Assembly (NCBI GenBank): GCA_015233015.1
Contig: JADFYO010000015.1
Coordinates: 450 to 64,449, forward strand
Length of the DNA stretch: 64,000 bases
Direction: 5' to 3'
Source of the DNA: Nitrospirota bacterium
Lineage (GTDB): Bacteria > Nitrospirota > Thermodesulfovibrionia > Thermodesulfovibrionales > Magnetobacteriaceae
How positions within the stretch are numbered: position 1 is the first letter of the stretch; each line of letters opens with the position of its first letter. Below are positions 17,465 to 27,354 of this stretch, piece by piece. The notes under the pieces are model-generated. The model was given only the letters and a program-made list of their open reading frames with translations, did no database searches and was not told the origin of the DNA. The translations under genes were made by a program, and so were the position numbers.

Positions 17465-17543
17465 GTACCTGACCCCCAATGTTGGAATTTTAACATCCGG
17501 CGTGTTGACAAATCATTTTCTCAGCGCGTATAATGTAGTCGCA

Positions 17544-20069
17544 ATGGCAGAACGTAAGAAGGATAAACCTAAGGATAAACCGGTTGAAAAAGTGTCAGCT
17601 ACCAGCGAGGGACACACGGTCAAGGCGTCGTTTCTGCGCCATCTGAAATATACTCTGGCAAAGGACGAATATACCGCTACCCAAAGAGACAAGTATAAGG
17701 CCCTTGCCCTTGCCGTACGCGACAGACTCGTCGAGAAATGGATAAAGACCCAGCAGACCTACTACAACAAGGACGTTAAACGGGTTTATTATCTCTCTCT
17801 GGAGTTTTTAATCGGCAGGTCATTAGGCAATGTCCTCATAAATCTGGGGCTTTATGATGAGGTTCAAAAGGAATTGCAGGCAATAGGTCTCGATCTTGAG
17901 GAGCTTAGGGAGCTTGAGTGGGACCCGGGTCTGGGTAACGGCGGACTGGGAAGGCTTGCCGCTTGTTTTCTGGACTCTATGGCAACGCTTGAAATCCCTT
18001 CCTATGGATACGGAATCCGCTATGAGTACGGCATTTTTTTTCAAAAAATTCGTAACGGCCACCAGCTGGAGACCCCCGATAACTGGCTTCGCTACGGCAA
18101 TCCGTGGGAAATAGAAAGGCCGGAATATCTTTTTATCGTAAAATTCTATGGCAAGGTACAAAAACACACGGACGAAAATGGGAATCTTACATGTCACTGG
18201 ATAGATACGCAGGACGTTGTAGCGCTGGCATATGATACCGCCGTACCGGGTTATCATAATAACACGGTCAATACGATGCGTCTCTGGGGGGCAAAGTCCA
18301 CCCGCGATTTCGACCTCGGTTATTTCCAGCATGGAGACTACGTACGGGCTGTCGAGGACAAGGTGCTTACGGAGACGATCTCTAAGGTGCTCTACCCCAA
18401 CGACAATGTCTTCGAGGGGAAGGAACTGCGGCTGAAACAGGAGTACTTTTTCGTCTCGGCTACTCTTCAGGACATCGTGCGCCGTTTTAAGAAAAACAGG
18501 GCGCTGCCTATTGACTATCGTGATTTCTCCAAAAAGGCGGCCATTCAACTAAACGACACTCATCCGTCCATTGCTATTGCCGAGCTGATGAGAATATTTA
18601 TCGATATAGAAGGTCTTGACTGGGACGCCGCGTGGGAGATAACCACAGAGACGTTTGGCTATACCAACCATACAGTGCTGCCGGAGGCCCTCGAGAGATG
18701 GTCTGTGAAGCTCTTTGAACGCATACTGCCGCGGCATCTGGAGATCATATATGAAATCAATCATCGCTTCCTTCAAGGCGTTGAGGAAAGATACCTCGGC
18801 GATAAAAGTAAAATAAGCAGCATGTCAATAATTGGGGAAGGGGATGAGAAGAGGGTGCGAATGGCCAACCTCTCAATCATAGGCAGCCACTCGGTTAACG
18901 GCGTCAGCGCCCTGCACTCAGAAATAATCAAAAAAGAATTGTTCAGGGATTTCTACGAGTACTGGCCAAATAAATTCAATAACAAGACAAACGGCATCAC
19001 TCAGCGCAGGTGGCTCAGGCTCTGCAACCCCTTATTGTCTGAACTGATAACCGAACATATCGGCGACACATGGGTGGCCGACCTGACCGAGCTTAAAAGG
19101 CTGATACCGCTTGCAGACGATCCCGATTTCCAGAAGAGATGGCGCGTCATAAAGCAGGAAAACAAGAGATTGCTGGCGCATTGTCTCAGTGACGTAAAGG
19201 GTATATCGATCAACCCGGACTCCATATTTGACTGCCATTTTAAGCGGATTCACGAATACAAAAGGCAGCTGCTTAATGCCATTCACGCCGTAGTCCTCTA
19301 TAACCGGATAAAGGCCGCCCACAAAAGCGGCGGCAGCGCTGCTCTTGAAAGCATCGTCCCCAGAACAGTGATATTCGGAGGCAAGGCCGCCCCCGGGTAT
19401 TTTATGGCTAAACTCATTATCAAACTCATCAATTCCATCGCCGAAGTGACTAATAACGACCCCGATACCAGTTACTTTTTAAAGCTGTTATTTATGGAAA
19501 ACTACTCGGTCTCGCTTTCAGAAAAAATCCTTCCCTCAGCCGAGCTATCCGAGCAGATTTCAACGGCGGGCACCGAGGCCTCCGGCACCGGCAATATGAA
19601 GTTTGCCATGAATGGTGCTCTCACCATAGGAACGCTCGACGGCGCTAACATAGAACTCCAGGAAAACATCGGGGCTGACAATATTTTTATCTTCGGCCTG
19701 ACGGCAGACGAGGTGGCTGATTTGAAACATCGTGGATATAATCCTCGTGAATATTATGAACGAAATGCCGAGCTGAAGCAGGCGGTCGATATGATAAGGA
19801 GTGGTTATTTCTCGAGAAATGATTCAACCCTCTTCCAACCTATCATAGAGTCATTGCTAAATCGTGGGGACCAATATCTGCTGATGGCAGATTTTGAGGC
19901 ATACGCCCAGTGCCAGGAGCGCGTTGCACAGCTATATAAAGACCAGGCCCGATGGACTAAGATGTCCATATTAAACACAGCCAATACAGGGTTTTTCTCG
20001 AGCGACCGGACAATAAAAGAGTACGCCGGCGAAATCTGGGCTGCGAAATCCATAGACATCGACATATAA
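17544..20069 (+). CDS. glgP: glycogen/alpha-glucan phosphorylase
   Basis: EASGTGNMKFAMNGA is the PLP-Lys motif, and the protein is collinear with phosphorylase throughout. The start is taken at MAERKK (17544), downstream of the repeat region. Confidence 0.9.
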   Translation: MAERKKDKPKDKPVEKVSATSEGHTVKASFLRHLKYTLAKDEYTATQRDKYKALALAVRDRLVEKWIKTQQTYYNKDVKRVYYLSLEFLIGRSLGNVLINLGLYDEVQKELQAIGLDLEELRELEWDPGLGNGGLGRLAACFLDSMATLEIPSYGYGIRYEYGIFFQKIRNGHQLETPDNWLRYGNPWEIERPEYLFIVKFYGKVQKHTDENGNLTCHWIDTQDVVALAYDTAVPGYHNNTVNTMRLWGAKSTRDFDLGYFQHGDYVRAVEDKVLTETISKVLYPNDNVFEGKELRLKQEYFFVSATLQDIVRRFKKNRALPIDYRDFSKKAAIQLNDTHPSIAIAELMRIFIDIEGLDWDAAWEITTETFGYTNHTVLPEALERWSVKLFERILPRHLEIIYEINHRFLQGVEERYLGDKSKISSMSIIGEGDEKRVRMANLSIIGSHSVNGVSALHSEIIKKELFRDFYEYWPNKFNNKTNGITQRRWLRLCNPLLSELITEHIGDTWVADLTELKRLIPLADDPDFQKRWRVIKQENKRLLAHCLSDVKGISINPDSIFDCHFKRIHEYKRQLLNAIHAVVLYNRIKAAHKSGGSAALESIVPRTVIFGGKAAPGYFMAKLIIKLINSIAEVTNNDPDTSYFLKLLFMENYSVSLSEKILPSAELSEQISTAGTEASGTGNMKFAMNGALTIGTLDGANIELQENIGADNIFIFGLTADEVADLKHRGYNPREYYERNAELKQAVDMIRSGYFSRNDSTLFQPIIESLLNRGDQYLLMADFEAYAQCQERVAQLYKDQARWTKMSILNTANTGFFSSDRTIKEYAGEIWAAKSIDIDI

Positions 20070-20096
20070 TCCGCCGCTCCTTGCCCACAACTTCCC

Positions 20097-22040
20097 ATGG
20101 CTAAACTTAATTTTCGACGACAGATTGGTTCTATTGGCGGGAGATTGACGCCGCGCCACCTGATTATGGCGTTATTGACGGCTCTTTTGATACTCGTCCC
20201 CCTTGTCTATCGTTCTGCTCAGAATACATCGGCGGGGTGCGTTAAGTGCCACGCGAATAAGCAGCTCATGGAGGCTCAGGGCGTCCCGCATTTTTATATC
20301 ACAACAGAGTCCGTAGAGACACAAAGTAAACACCCCGATATCGAATGCCGCGACTGCCATCTGGGAAACGGCAGGACAGATGACAAAGACACCGCCCATA
20401 AGGGTATGCTTAAGGCCATTTTAATCGGCGAAGAAGGCACCATCCTAAACCGGAAGGAAATTTTTAACGGCCCTATATTACCCTCCGGCAGCAATAAAAT
20501 CTACGAACTCCTCCCGAAATCTACCCAAAACGGCCAGCTCGTAGTACCCGATGAAGTTAGAAACCTGCTCTGGCATGACAGAAATCTGCAAACGTTTAAC
20601 TTCGACCCCGATATAGCAAAAAAGACCTGTGGAAAGTCCAACTGCCACCCGCAGGAACTCAGGCAGTTCAAAAAATCCACAATGGGAATTAACTACCGCC
20701 AGCGCTATATGAGGACATGGACAGCACCCTATGGACCACATAACTGCGGCCCTTCATTTGCCGATTTGCCCGCCTCGGCTGAACTTACCGGCGCGGGGTT
20801 TTCGTATAAAAACACATCGGACATCGTTAAGAATCTAAACGTCCCGTTTACCCATAAACAAGCCGAAGATAAACAAAAATTTTGCAATATCTGCCATGCC
20901 GGCTGCCTTGACTGCCACTACACGCCAACCCAAAAAGACGGGGTTCATTCCTTTACAAAGTCGCCACGGGCAGAGACCTGCGCCGGCAATGGCAGGGGCA
21001 CGAGCATCTGCCACCCGGGCGCTATGCAGTCGCGCAGGGGAGAGACCTACATCGGCGGCGACTACTCCATCCCCACAGGCCAAACCCCTGATGTTCACTA
21101 CGAAAAGGGCATCCAGTGCATCGCCTGCCACCCAACGGGGGAAAAAGGTATGGGAGACATGGAGCGACGCGCATCGTGCCAGGACTGCCATCTGGAAATC
21201 GAAGACGCACACGCACGAAGCGTTCATAAAATGCTCGACTGTCCCTCCTGCCACATCGGCGAACTCCGGGGGTATCAGATAACGATATGGGGGCCTGGCA
21301 CAGTTGCCGGCAGCTCCAATCCATTTAAAAAGTTCTCCCTTTACTACGGCATTCAGTCCCCTCCAATAATCGTCAAAGACCAGAACGGGACGTGGCGCCC
21401 ATATAAAATCTGGCCGCACAGCGTGGGCAATATCAAAGAAGACGCCCCACCCTCCCCTGCCTTGACGTTCAAGTGGCCCAACGGCGAGACTCACGACGCA
21501 TACTACACCGTGGGTACGGTAGATAATCTCACCGCGAACAACAAACACCTGCTCTGGCTTCAGCTTGACCAGGCCGCGCATCCCTTTGGCAAGGCCAGAG
21601 ACTGTAGTTCCTGCCATGCCGAAAAACAGGTTGCCAAATCGACGTGGGAGTTTTTCGACAACTACGGCGCTTATCCATTTAACGGCAGCCACACAATAAT
21701 TGCCGACGAAAAGAGCCTTAGAATTGAGGATATGAAAAACACAACCCCCATAGAACTCATGGCTGGCTCAAAACTCGAGGACTTCGCCTCGTGGCTTTTC
21801 CTTAAAGACAAGTGGAAAGTCCCGGGAAACTTCTCTATCAGGGCTGACAAGGATAAATATGATAAATATCTTGCGCTATCAAAACGTCTGCAAAATGGGA
21901 TTATTAAGCTTGACAACATATCCTCCACATTTACAAAGCCGCAGTTAAAACGCTATAAAACACTCAGGGGAGCGTCCCTCCATGAAGAGGAACGAGTTGT
22001 GGAGATAGAGGATTTTCTGAACAATAACCCTGCAAAATGA
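20097..22040 (+). CDS. membrane-anchored multiheme c-type cytochrome
   Basis: 647 aa with an N-terminal TM helix. There are 8 canonical CXXCH motifs (CVKCH, CRDCH, CNICH, CLDCH, CIACH, CQDCH, CPSCH, CSSCH), plus CGKSNCH and CAGNGRGTSICH. Confidence 0.85.
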   Translation: MAKLNFRRQIGSIGGRLTPRHLIMALLTALLILVPLVYRSAQNTSAGCVKCHANKQLMEAQGVPHFYITTESVETQSKHPDIECRDCHLGNGRTDDKDTAHKGMLKAILIGEEGTILNRKEIFNGPILPSGSNKIYELLPKSTQNGQLVVPDEVRNLLWHDRNLQTFNFDPDIAKKTCGKSNCHPQELRQFKKSTMGINYRQRYMRTWTAPYGPHNCGPSFADLPASAELTGAGFSYKNTSDIVKNLNVPFTHKQAEDKQKFCNICHAGCLDCHYTPTQKDGVHSFTKSPRAETCAGNGRGTSICHPGAMQSRRGETYIGGDYSIPTGQTPDVHYEKGIQCIACHPTGEKGMGDMERRASCQDCHLEIEDAHARSVHKMLDCPSCHIGELRGYQITIWGPGTVAGSSNPFKKFSLYYGIQSPPIIVKDQNGTWRPYKIWPHSVGNIKEDAPPSPALTFKWPNGETHDAYYTVGTVDNLTANNKHLLWLQLDQAAHPFGKARDCSSCHAEKQVAKSTWEFFDNYGAYPFNGSHTIIADEKSLRIEDMKNTTPIELMAGSKLEDFASWLFLKDKWKVPGNFSIRADKDKYDKYLALSKRLQNGIIKLDNISSTFTKPQLKRYKTLRGASLHEEERVVEIEDFLNNNPAK

Positions 22041-22053
22041 GGAGCAATGCAAA

Positions 22054-22764
22054 ATGAAATTCGATAAATCCAAATGGGCGGACACAGACTTCAGCAGAGA
22101 CTATCTCGATAAGGCCGAAATATACATCGTTGAGCGAGCGAAGATGTTTTCGATAGTAGGATCATTCTACCGGCACTTCTTAAACCTGGACAGGCCGATA
22201 AGCCTGCTGGAGCTTGGCTCTGGCGACGGGGCGTTGACACATGAGCTGCTAAAGACAGGCAGGGCAGCGCGTGCCGTCCTTGTTGACGGCTCAGAAGATA
22301 TGCTTCATAAGGCAGAGGCACATCTGCGGGATTTCGATACGGTCAAACAGTTTATCCATTGTTCGTTTGAAGAGCTGCTAAGGGATGAGCGGCTGCCGTC
22401 TGGTTTTGACATGGTTGTCTCTTCCCTTGCTATACATCACCTGACAACCTCCGAAAAGGCCGCGCTCTATAATAAGATATATCAGCTGCTCGCCACCGGC
22501 GGCTATTTCGTGAATATCGATGTGATAATCGCCCCTTCGGATTCAATAGAAACCTGGTACATGGAAATATGGAAAGACTGGATGCGCATAAAGCAGGCAT
22601 CAGATGACCCTGTCGAGGCAATAATTGAAAGATACAAGGACCTTGAGGAAAACAAACCCGACACGCTTGACTGTCAGCTCGGAATGCTGAAAAACACAGG
22701 CTTTAAAGAGACAGACTGTTATTATAAATATGGAATATTTACGATATTCGGAGGAAAGAAATAA
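22054..22764 (+). CDS. class I SAM-dependent methyltransferase
   Basis: 236 aa. LLELGSGDG is motif I, followed by VVSSLAIHH and GGYFVNID. Confidence 0.75.
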   Translation: MKFDKSKWADTDFSRDYLDKAEIYIVERAKMFSIVGSFYRHFLNLDRPISLLELGSGDGALTHELLKTGRAARAVLVDGSEDMLHKAEAHLRDFDTVKQFIHCSFEELLRDERLPSGFDMVVSSLAIHHLTTSEKAALYNKIYQLLATGGYFVNIDVIIAPSDSIETWYMEIWKDWMRIKQASDDPVEAIIERYKDLEENKPDTLDCQLGMLKNTGFKETDCYYKYGIFTIFGGKK

Positions 22765-22888
22765 GCGTAAGAGATAATCCCGATGACTTCACCACAGTTC
22801 TTGTCTCTATCGACAAAACCGCCGGTCTGGTGATATACTACCGGTGTGGAAGCGTTAGGCAGGGATTTAGAATTAGCGGGGGTCAGCG

Positions 22889-23899
22889 GTGTTCGCTAAT
22901 AAAATGCTGAAGAGCGTATTTGCCACTTTTGCAGGGGCGTATTTCGAGTTGTTTAAGCAGTCGAAGCTGGCTCAGGCGTTAACTGTATTTGTATATCATG
23001 ACATAACTTACACCCCAAGCGAATTTACCACGCATACTAAATTAAACGTTCGCCCCGATATTTTCGATGCTCAGCTCAAATTTATAAAAAAACATTTTAA
23101 CGTCATTACACCCAATGAGCTAATCAGCGGAAATATACCAAAACGCGCAGCTATGGTTACATTTGACGACGGCATAAAGGGCACCTTTTCAAATGCCGTA
23201 GAGATAATTGAAGACAACAGGGTTCCAACCGTATTTTTTCTCAACACTGAACCTGTCGGAGGCGAGATGTTTTTCTCCAGCCTCATAACCTATCTCTTAG
23301 AAAAAGAGGAAGGTTTTAAAGAATATTTGCTGAGCGCCTTAGATAAAGAAAACAGAATACCCCTGTTATTTGCTAATTGCTCGAAAGAAATTGTGAACTC
23401 CTATATAAAACTCAGCGGTAAGGATTTTAAGGACGCCGTCGATAGATTCACCGGCCCGTTTGCCTCTGAAGAAGATCTTCTGAAGACATCGGAGAGCCGG
23501 TATATTTATTATGGAAACCACCTGTATAACCATTATATTGCGTTGACCCTGTCAGATGAAGAGCTGAAGGCTTGTTATTTAAAAAACATGGAAAAATTAC
23601 AATCCTACAAGAACTTTACAAATCTCTTCGCTTTTCCTTTTGGCCAGCCCGGTACAACTTTTTCTGAAAAGCAGGTTGACCTTATTTTTTCTCTCGGTGC
23701 GAAGAAAGTCTTTTCTTCTTTTCCCGTTATCAATTATACGCCTTCAAGTGCGTACCTGCATAGAATAGCGCTGACAGATTTTAATAATACAATACCTAAA
23801 ATCTGGTACCAGATATTTTATACCGAAGCAATAAGGAATAACCATGTTTTTAAATCGATAAAAGAGGCATTTAAACGCATGAGGTCGAATTCCGGGTGA
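22889..23899 (+). CDS. polysaccharide deacetylase (NodB-like) family protein
   Basis: 336 aa with the motif AAMVTFDDGIKG. The start codon is GTG. Confidence 0.65.
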   Translation: MFANKMLKSVFATFAGAYFELFKQSKLAQALTVFVYHDITYTPSEFTTHTKLNVRPDIFDAQLKFIKKHFNVITPNELISGNIPKRAAMVTFDDGIKGTFSNAVEIIEDNRVPTVFFLNTEPVGGEMFFSSLITYLLEKEEGFKEYLLSALDKENRIPLLFANCSKEIVNSYIKLSGKDFKDAVDRFTGPFASEEDLLKTSESRYIYYGNHLYNHYIALTLSDEELKACYLKNMEKLQSYKNFTNLFAFPFGQPGTTFSEKQVDLIFSLGAKKVFSSFPVINYTPSSAYLHRIALTDFNNTIPKIWYQIFYTEAIRNNHVFKSIKEAFKRMRSNSG

Positions 23900-25368
23900 A
23901 AGACAGCGAGAGCCTTGCTAAAAATATAACCCGTTACGCGGCAAGCAACATGTTTCAGCGGGCTTGCGGTATCGTTAATACTTTTATAAAGCCACGGCTG
24001 CTTCCACCGGAACTGTTCGGATTATGGAATCTTATCTGTGTATTGACATCCAACGCCTCACACGCCCACCTTGGCACTAAAACGGCCATGTTTTATCTTT
24101 TGCCTTACCATAAATCGAGGAACGAAACCGATATTGCAAATGCCATTAAATCCGCCGTATTTTATGGATTTCTGTCTCTGAGCATACTTATTGCCGCAGG
24201 CATATGGGTTTACGCCTTTTTAGGTAATTTAAACAGAGTAGAGCAAGCCGGCCTTATCTCCGCGGGTGTAATGATCATTGTGAATTCTCTCTTCGATTTC
24301 CAGTTCACCGAGATAAGCGCGGATAAGAAATTTAAACTGATTAGTGCGGTAAACTACAAAAGGTCTGTCTTAGCACTGGTCTTAAATGCCGTCTTAATCT
24401 ATTATTTAAGCATCTACGGCATCTATCTTGCCACTATACTTTCCGTCCTTATAATGGTTATTTATCTGCATATGGTGTCGCCGATTAAGCTGCCAGAGCC
24501 GTTTGACAAATCCATATTCTTAAATCTTGTCAAAAAAGGACTGCCCATTCTGATTTATAATGTATCCAATGACCTAATAAGCACTATCGACAGGGTTATT
24601 ATCGCATATTTCCTCGGTATAAAAGAACTGGGTTATTACTCTATAACCGGAATGGTGTTTAACTTTCTTATTCAGATACCCAGCGACGCTAGGGAAGTCG
24701 TGGAAGTTGACCTTATGGGAAACACATCCACTAACACTCGTGAACAGACATTAGACGATTATTTTTTTAAACCGCTCACCTATACTTCTCATTTCATGCC
24801 GTTTCTTTTAGGCCCTTCTTTTTTCTTAATAGCGCCGTTTATATACCTGGCGCTTCCTAAATATATTAAAGGAATAGTGCCGTCGCAGATACTTATCATA
24901 GGGACATTTTTCTTTGCGCTTTCATACATACCACGCGGCGTTATTGTCGCACATAATAAGCAGTTTATCGCCTCTATAATAATCTGCTTGCTCCTCGGTT
25001 TTAATATCGTAGCGGCAACGTCCGTTATTCTCATGGGCTATGGCACGATTGGCGTTGCCTGCGGGAACGTGGTGTCTTTTTTTATATTGTTTATGACGCT
25101 TTATTTGTTTGTCCATAGTTTTTACAAAAACATCTCCGTATGGTCATGGCTTGCAAAAATAAAAGATGTCTTTATCTCATTTTTTATTATGAGCCTTACA
25201 ATTGCCGCCCTTGTCTATATCTGTTCCGTAATTCCTGTAAACAAACATATCGGCGCCGTGATGGCAACGGCAGTCTATTGTCTCGTTATGTATGCGGCGT
25301 CCGCCTATACGAATCCCGGCTTTTTACATGAAAAAATATTAAAAATGCTGAAACGGAGGAAAGGGTGA
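23896..25368 (+). CDS. Wzx-like polysaccharide flippase (MOP superfamily)
   Basis: 490 aa with about 12-14 hydrophobic helices, in a position typical of an EPS locus. The call rests on architecture only. Confidence 0.6.
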   Translation: MKDSESLAKNITRYAASNMFQRACGIVNTFIKPRLLPPELFGLWNLICVLTSNASHAHLGTKTAMFYLLPYHKSRNETDIANAIKSAVFYGFLSLSILIAAGIWVYAFLGNLNRVEQAGLISAGVMIIVNSLFDFQFTEISADKKFKLISAVNYKRSVLALVLNAVLIYYLSIYGIYLATILSVLIMVIYLHMVSPIKLPEPFDKSIFLNLVKKGLPILIYNVSNDLISTIDRVIIAYFLGIKELGYYSITGMVFNFLIQIPSDAREVVEVDLMGNTSTNTREQTLDDYFFKPLTYTSHFMPFLLGPSFFLIAPFIYLALPKYIKGIVPSQILIIGTFFFALSYIPRGVIVAHNKQFIASIIICLLLGFNIVAATSVILMGYGTIGVACGNVVSFFILFMTLYLFVHSFYKNISVWSWLAKIKDVFISFFIMSLTIAALVYICSVIPVNKHIGAVMATAVYCLVMYAASAYTNPGFLHEKILKMLKRRKG

Positions 25369-26312
25369 TTATGAAACTTAAAACCTCTATAATTATACCG
25401 ACATATAACAGGCCGGTTGATCTGAACAACTGCATAGAGTCAATTTTAATACAGACACAACTTCCTTATGAAATCCTGATTATCGATGATGGAAATCTTC
25501 CCGAACCTCCTCTAAAGGCACAGTGTGAGGAACTAGGAATTAAGTATGTTTATTTTAAAAAGGATAAACCAGGCTCCTCCGCCTCCAGAAATAAGGGGAT
25601 TGAACTTTCAACGGGAGATATCCTGTTTTTCCTCGATGACGACGTCGTTCTGTTCCCCGATTACATAGAACGAATTATGGACATTTACAACAACGCCGGT
25701 GCGTCGGAAAACATTGGAGGGGTAGGCGGGGCAATCGCAAATCATAAAAAGTTAGGCCCCATTCAAAAGCTGAGAAAGATACTTGAAATCTCTTTTATGG
25801 CCGCCGGCCTCAGGGAAGGCAAGGTGCTTCCGTCCGGTTTTTGCAATGGCTTCGGCACCACACCGTTTAAAATAAATAAAATTACAGAGGTTGATTTCCT
25901 GTCCGGGGGTGTCAGCTCCTTCAAAAAAGAGGTGTTTAACAAATTTGCCTTCGATCCCAAATATTTTCCTTTTACGGGCGAAGATATGGATTTCTCCTAC
26001 AGGGTGTCAAAGGCCTATAAACTTATCTTCACCCCATTGGCTCAACTCTACCACTACGAGGCGCCTAAAATGAGACCCGACGCCTACAAGCAAGGTTTCA
26101 TGTTTACTGTGTTCGTATATCGTTTTTTTAAAATGAACGTGAAAAAAAATCCACTCCAATGGGTATTTTTTTATTACGCCTTTTTAGGATACATACTGTC
26201 GCGTCTGCTTATCTGCATAGTATCTCCTAAAAAACAAAACGTCGATAAATTAAGGGGAGTCTTCGGAGCTTTCGATGAAGTCATTTTTCACGGAAAGCAG
26301 GTTATAATGTAA
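25365..26312 (+). CDS. family 2 glycosyltransferase
   Basis: Motifs are IIIPTYNR, IIDDGN and FLDDDV (DXD). Confidence 0.8.
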   Translation: MIMKLKTSIIIPTYNRPVDLNNCIESILIQTQLPYEILIIDDGNLPEPPLKAQCEELGIKYVYFKKDKPGSSASRNKGIELSTGDILFFLDDDVVLFPDYIERIMDIYNNAGASENIGGVGGAIANHKKLGPIQKLRKILEISFMAAGLREGKVLPSGFCNGFGTTPFKINKITEVDFLSGGVSSFKKEVFNKFAFDPKYFPFTGEDMDFSYRVSKAYKLIFTPLAQLYHYEAPKMRPDAYKQGFMFTVFVYRFFKMNVKKNPLQWVFFYYAFLGYILSRLLICIVSPKKQNVDKLRGVFGAFDEVIFHGKQVIM

Positions 26313-26379
26313 TGCGTTGCCGATTGACAGGAATTATTAGTTTGTATTATCCTGACAAGGCAACGGGAGGGGGAGTTTT

Positions 26380-27354
26380 GTGGTAATTGACAACGTAAGC
26401 GTGGTAATTACAACACTCAATAGATCGGATATTGTCGGCAGGGCTATTAACAGCGTGCTGTCTCAAACTTTTGAAAATATCGAAGTCATTGTGGTTATTG
26501 ACGGGCCGGATGAGCGCACTGAGAAAGCGCTTGAACAGATTAATGACCCAAGATTCAGGGTTTTGGCCTTACCTGAGAATGCCGGCGTTTCTGAAGCCCG
26601 CAATTCGGGTGTCAGGGCGGCAAAATATGACTGGATAGCCTTTCTGGACGATGATGACGAATGGCTGCCGGAAAAACTTGAGAAGCAGGCAAATGCCGCA
26701 ATTCCATTGGACAAGGCCTTGCCGGTTATATCCTGCCTTTATTATTCACGAAGTGCCACTGTCGAACTGACCCTGCCGCGAAAATCCCCGAAACCATCGG
26801 AGCATATCAGCGACTATCTGTTTACTAAAAATTCATTTTTTAGCGGGGTGGCATATTTATTACCTTCGACATTGCTGATAAAGAAAGAATTGTTGGAGGC
26901 GGTACCTTTTCGCAGGCATATCAGAAGCCAGGACCTTGATTTCCTTTTGCGTGCAGCGCAGCTTGAAGAATTTTGCTTTGAGGTAGTGCAGTACCCTTTG
27001 ATAATATATCACGTTTTAGAGCAGGGGCAGCGCCTCAGTCAAAGAGATAATGCCGGGAAATCTATCGTCTGGATCAGGAACAATTATCATTTATTTACAC
27101 ATCGCGCTTACGTTGGATATGTGGCTAAAAACCTTTCCACTGAAGCGCGCCGTCAGAACAGCTGGAAATTTTTTGTGCCGCTTTTACGGGAGATGTTCCG
27201 TTTTGGCAGACCGAAATGGGTTGAATTTGCAATTTTTCTATGTACATGGTTTGTGCCGGAGGGGGTGTTGCTTCTGGCTAAGAAAATCATTGGAAAAAAG
27301 GGTGCAATAACGCACGTTAATAAGGGAAATTCTTACATGGGGAGTATTTTATGA
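26380..27354 (+). CDS. family 2 glycosyltransferase (tandem paralogue 1)
   Basis: Motifs are VVITTLNRSD, VVIDGPD and FLDDDDEW. It is highly similar to the next gene at both DNA and protein level. Confidence 0.8.
   Translation: MVIDNVSVVITTLNRSDIVGRAINSVLSQTFENIEVIVVIDGPDERTEKALEQINDPRFRVLALPENAGVSEARNSGVRAAKYDWIAFLDDDDEWLPEKLEKQANAAIPLDKALPVISCLYYSRSATVELTLPRKSPKPSEHISDYLFTKNSFFSGVAYLLPSTLLIKKELLEAVPFRRHIRSQDLDFLLRAAQLEEFCFEVVQYPLIIYHVLEQGQRLSQRDNAGKSIVWIRNNYHLFTHRAYVGYVAKNLSTEARRQNSWKFFVPLLREMFRFGRPKWVEFAIFLCTWFVPEGVLLLAKKIIGKKGAITHVNKGNSYMGSIL

Noticed and set aside
17823-18548. 241-aa minus-strand ORF
   Set aside because: It is antisense to glgP, which is unambiguous from its PLP-Lys motif and full-length collinearity.
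20835-21692. 285-aa minus-strand ORF, with other ORFs at 20896-21324
   Set aside because: These are antisense or alternate frames of the multiheme cytochrome gene. That gene's frame is validated by eight CXXCH motifs.
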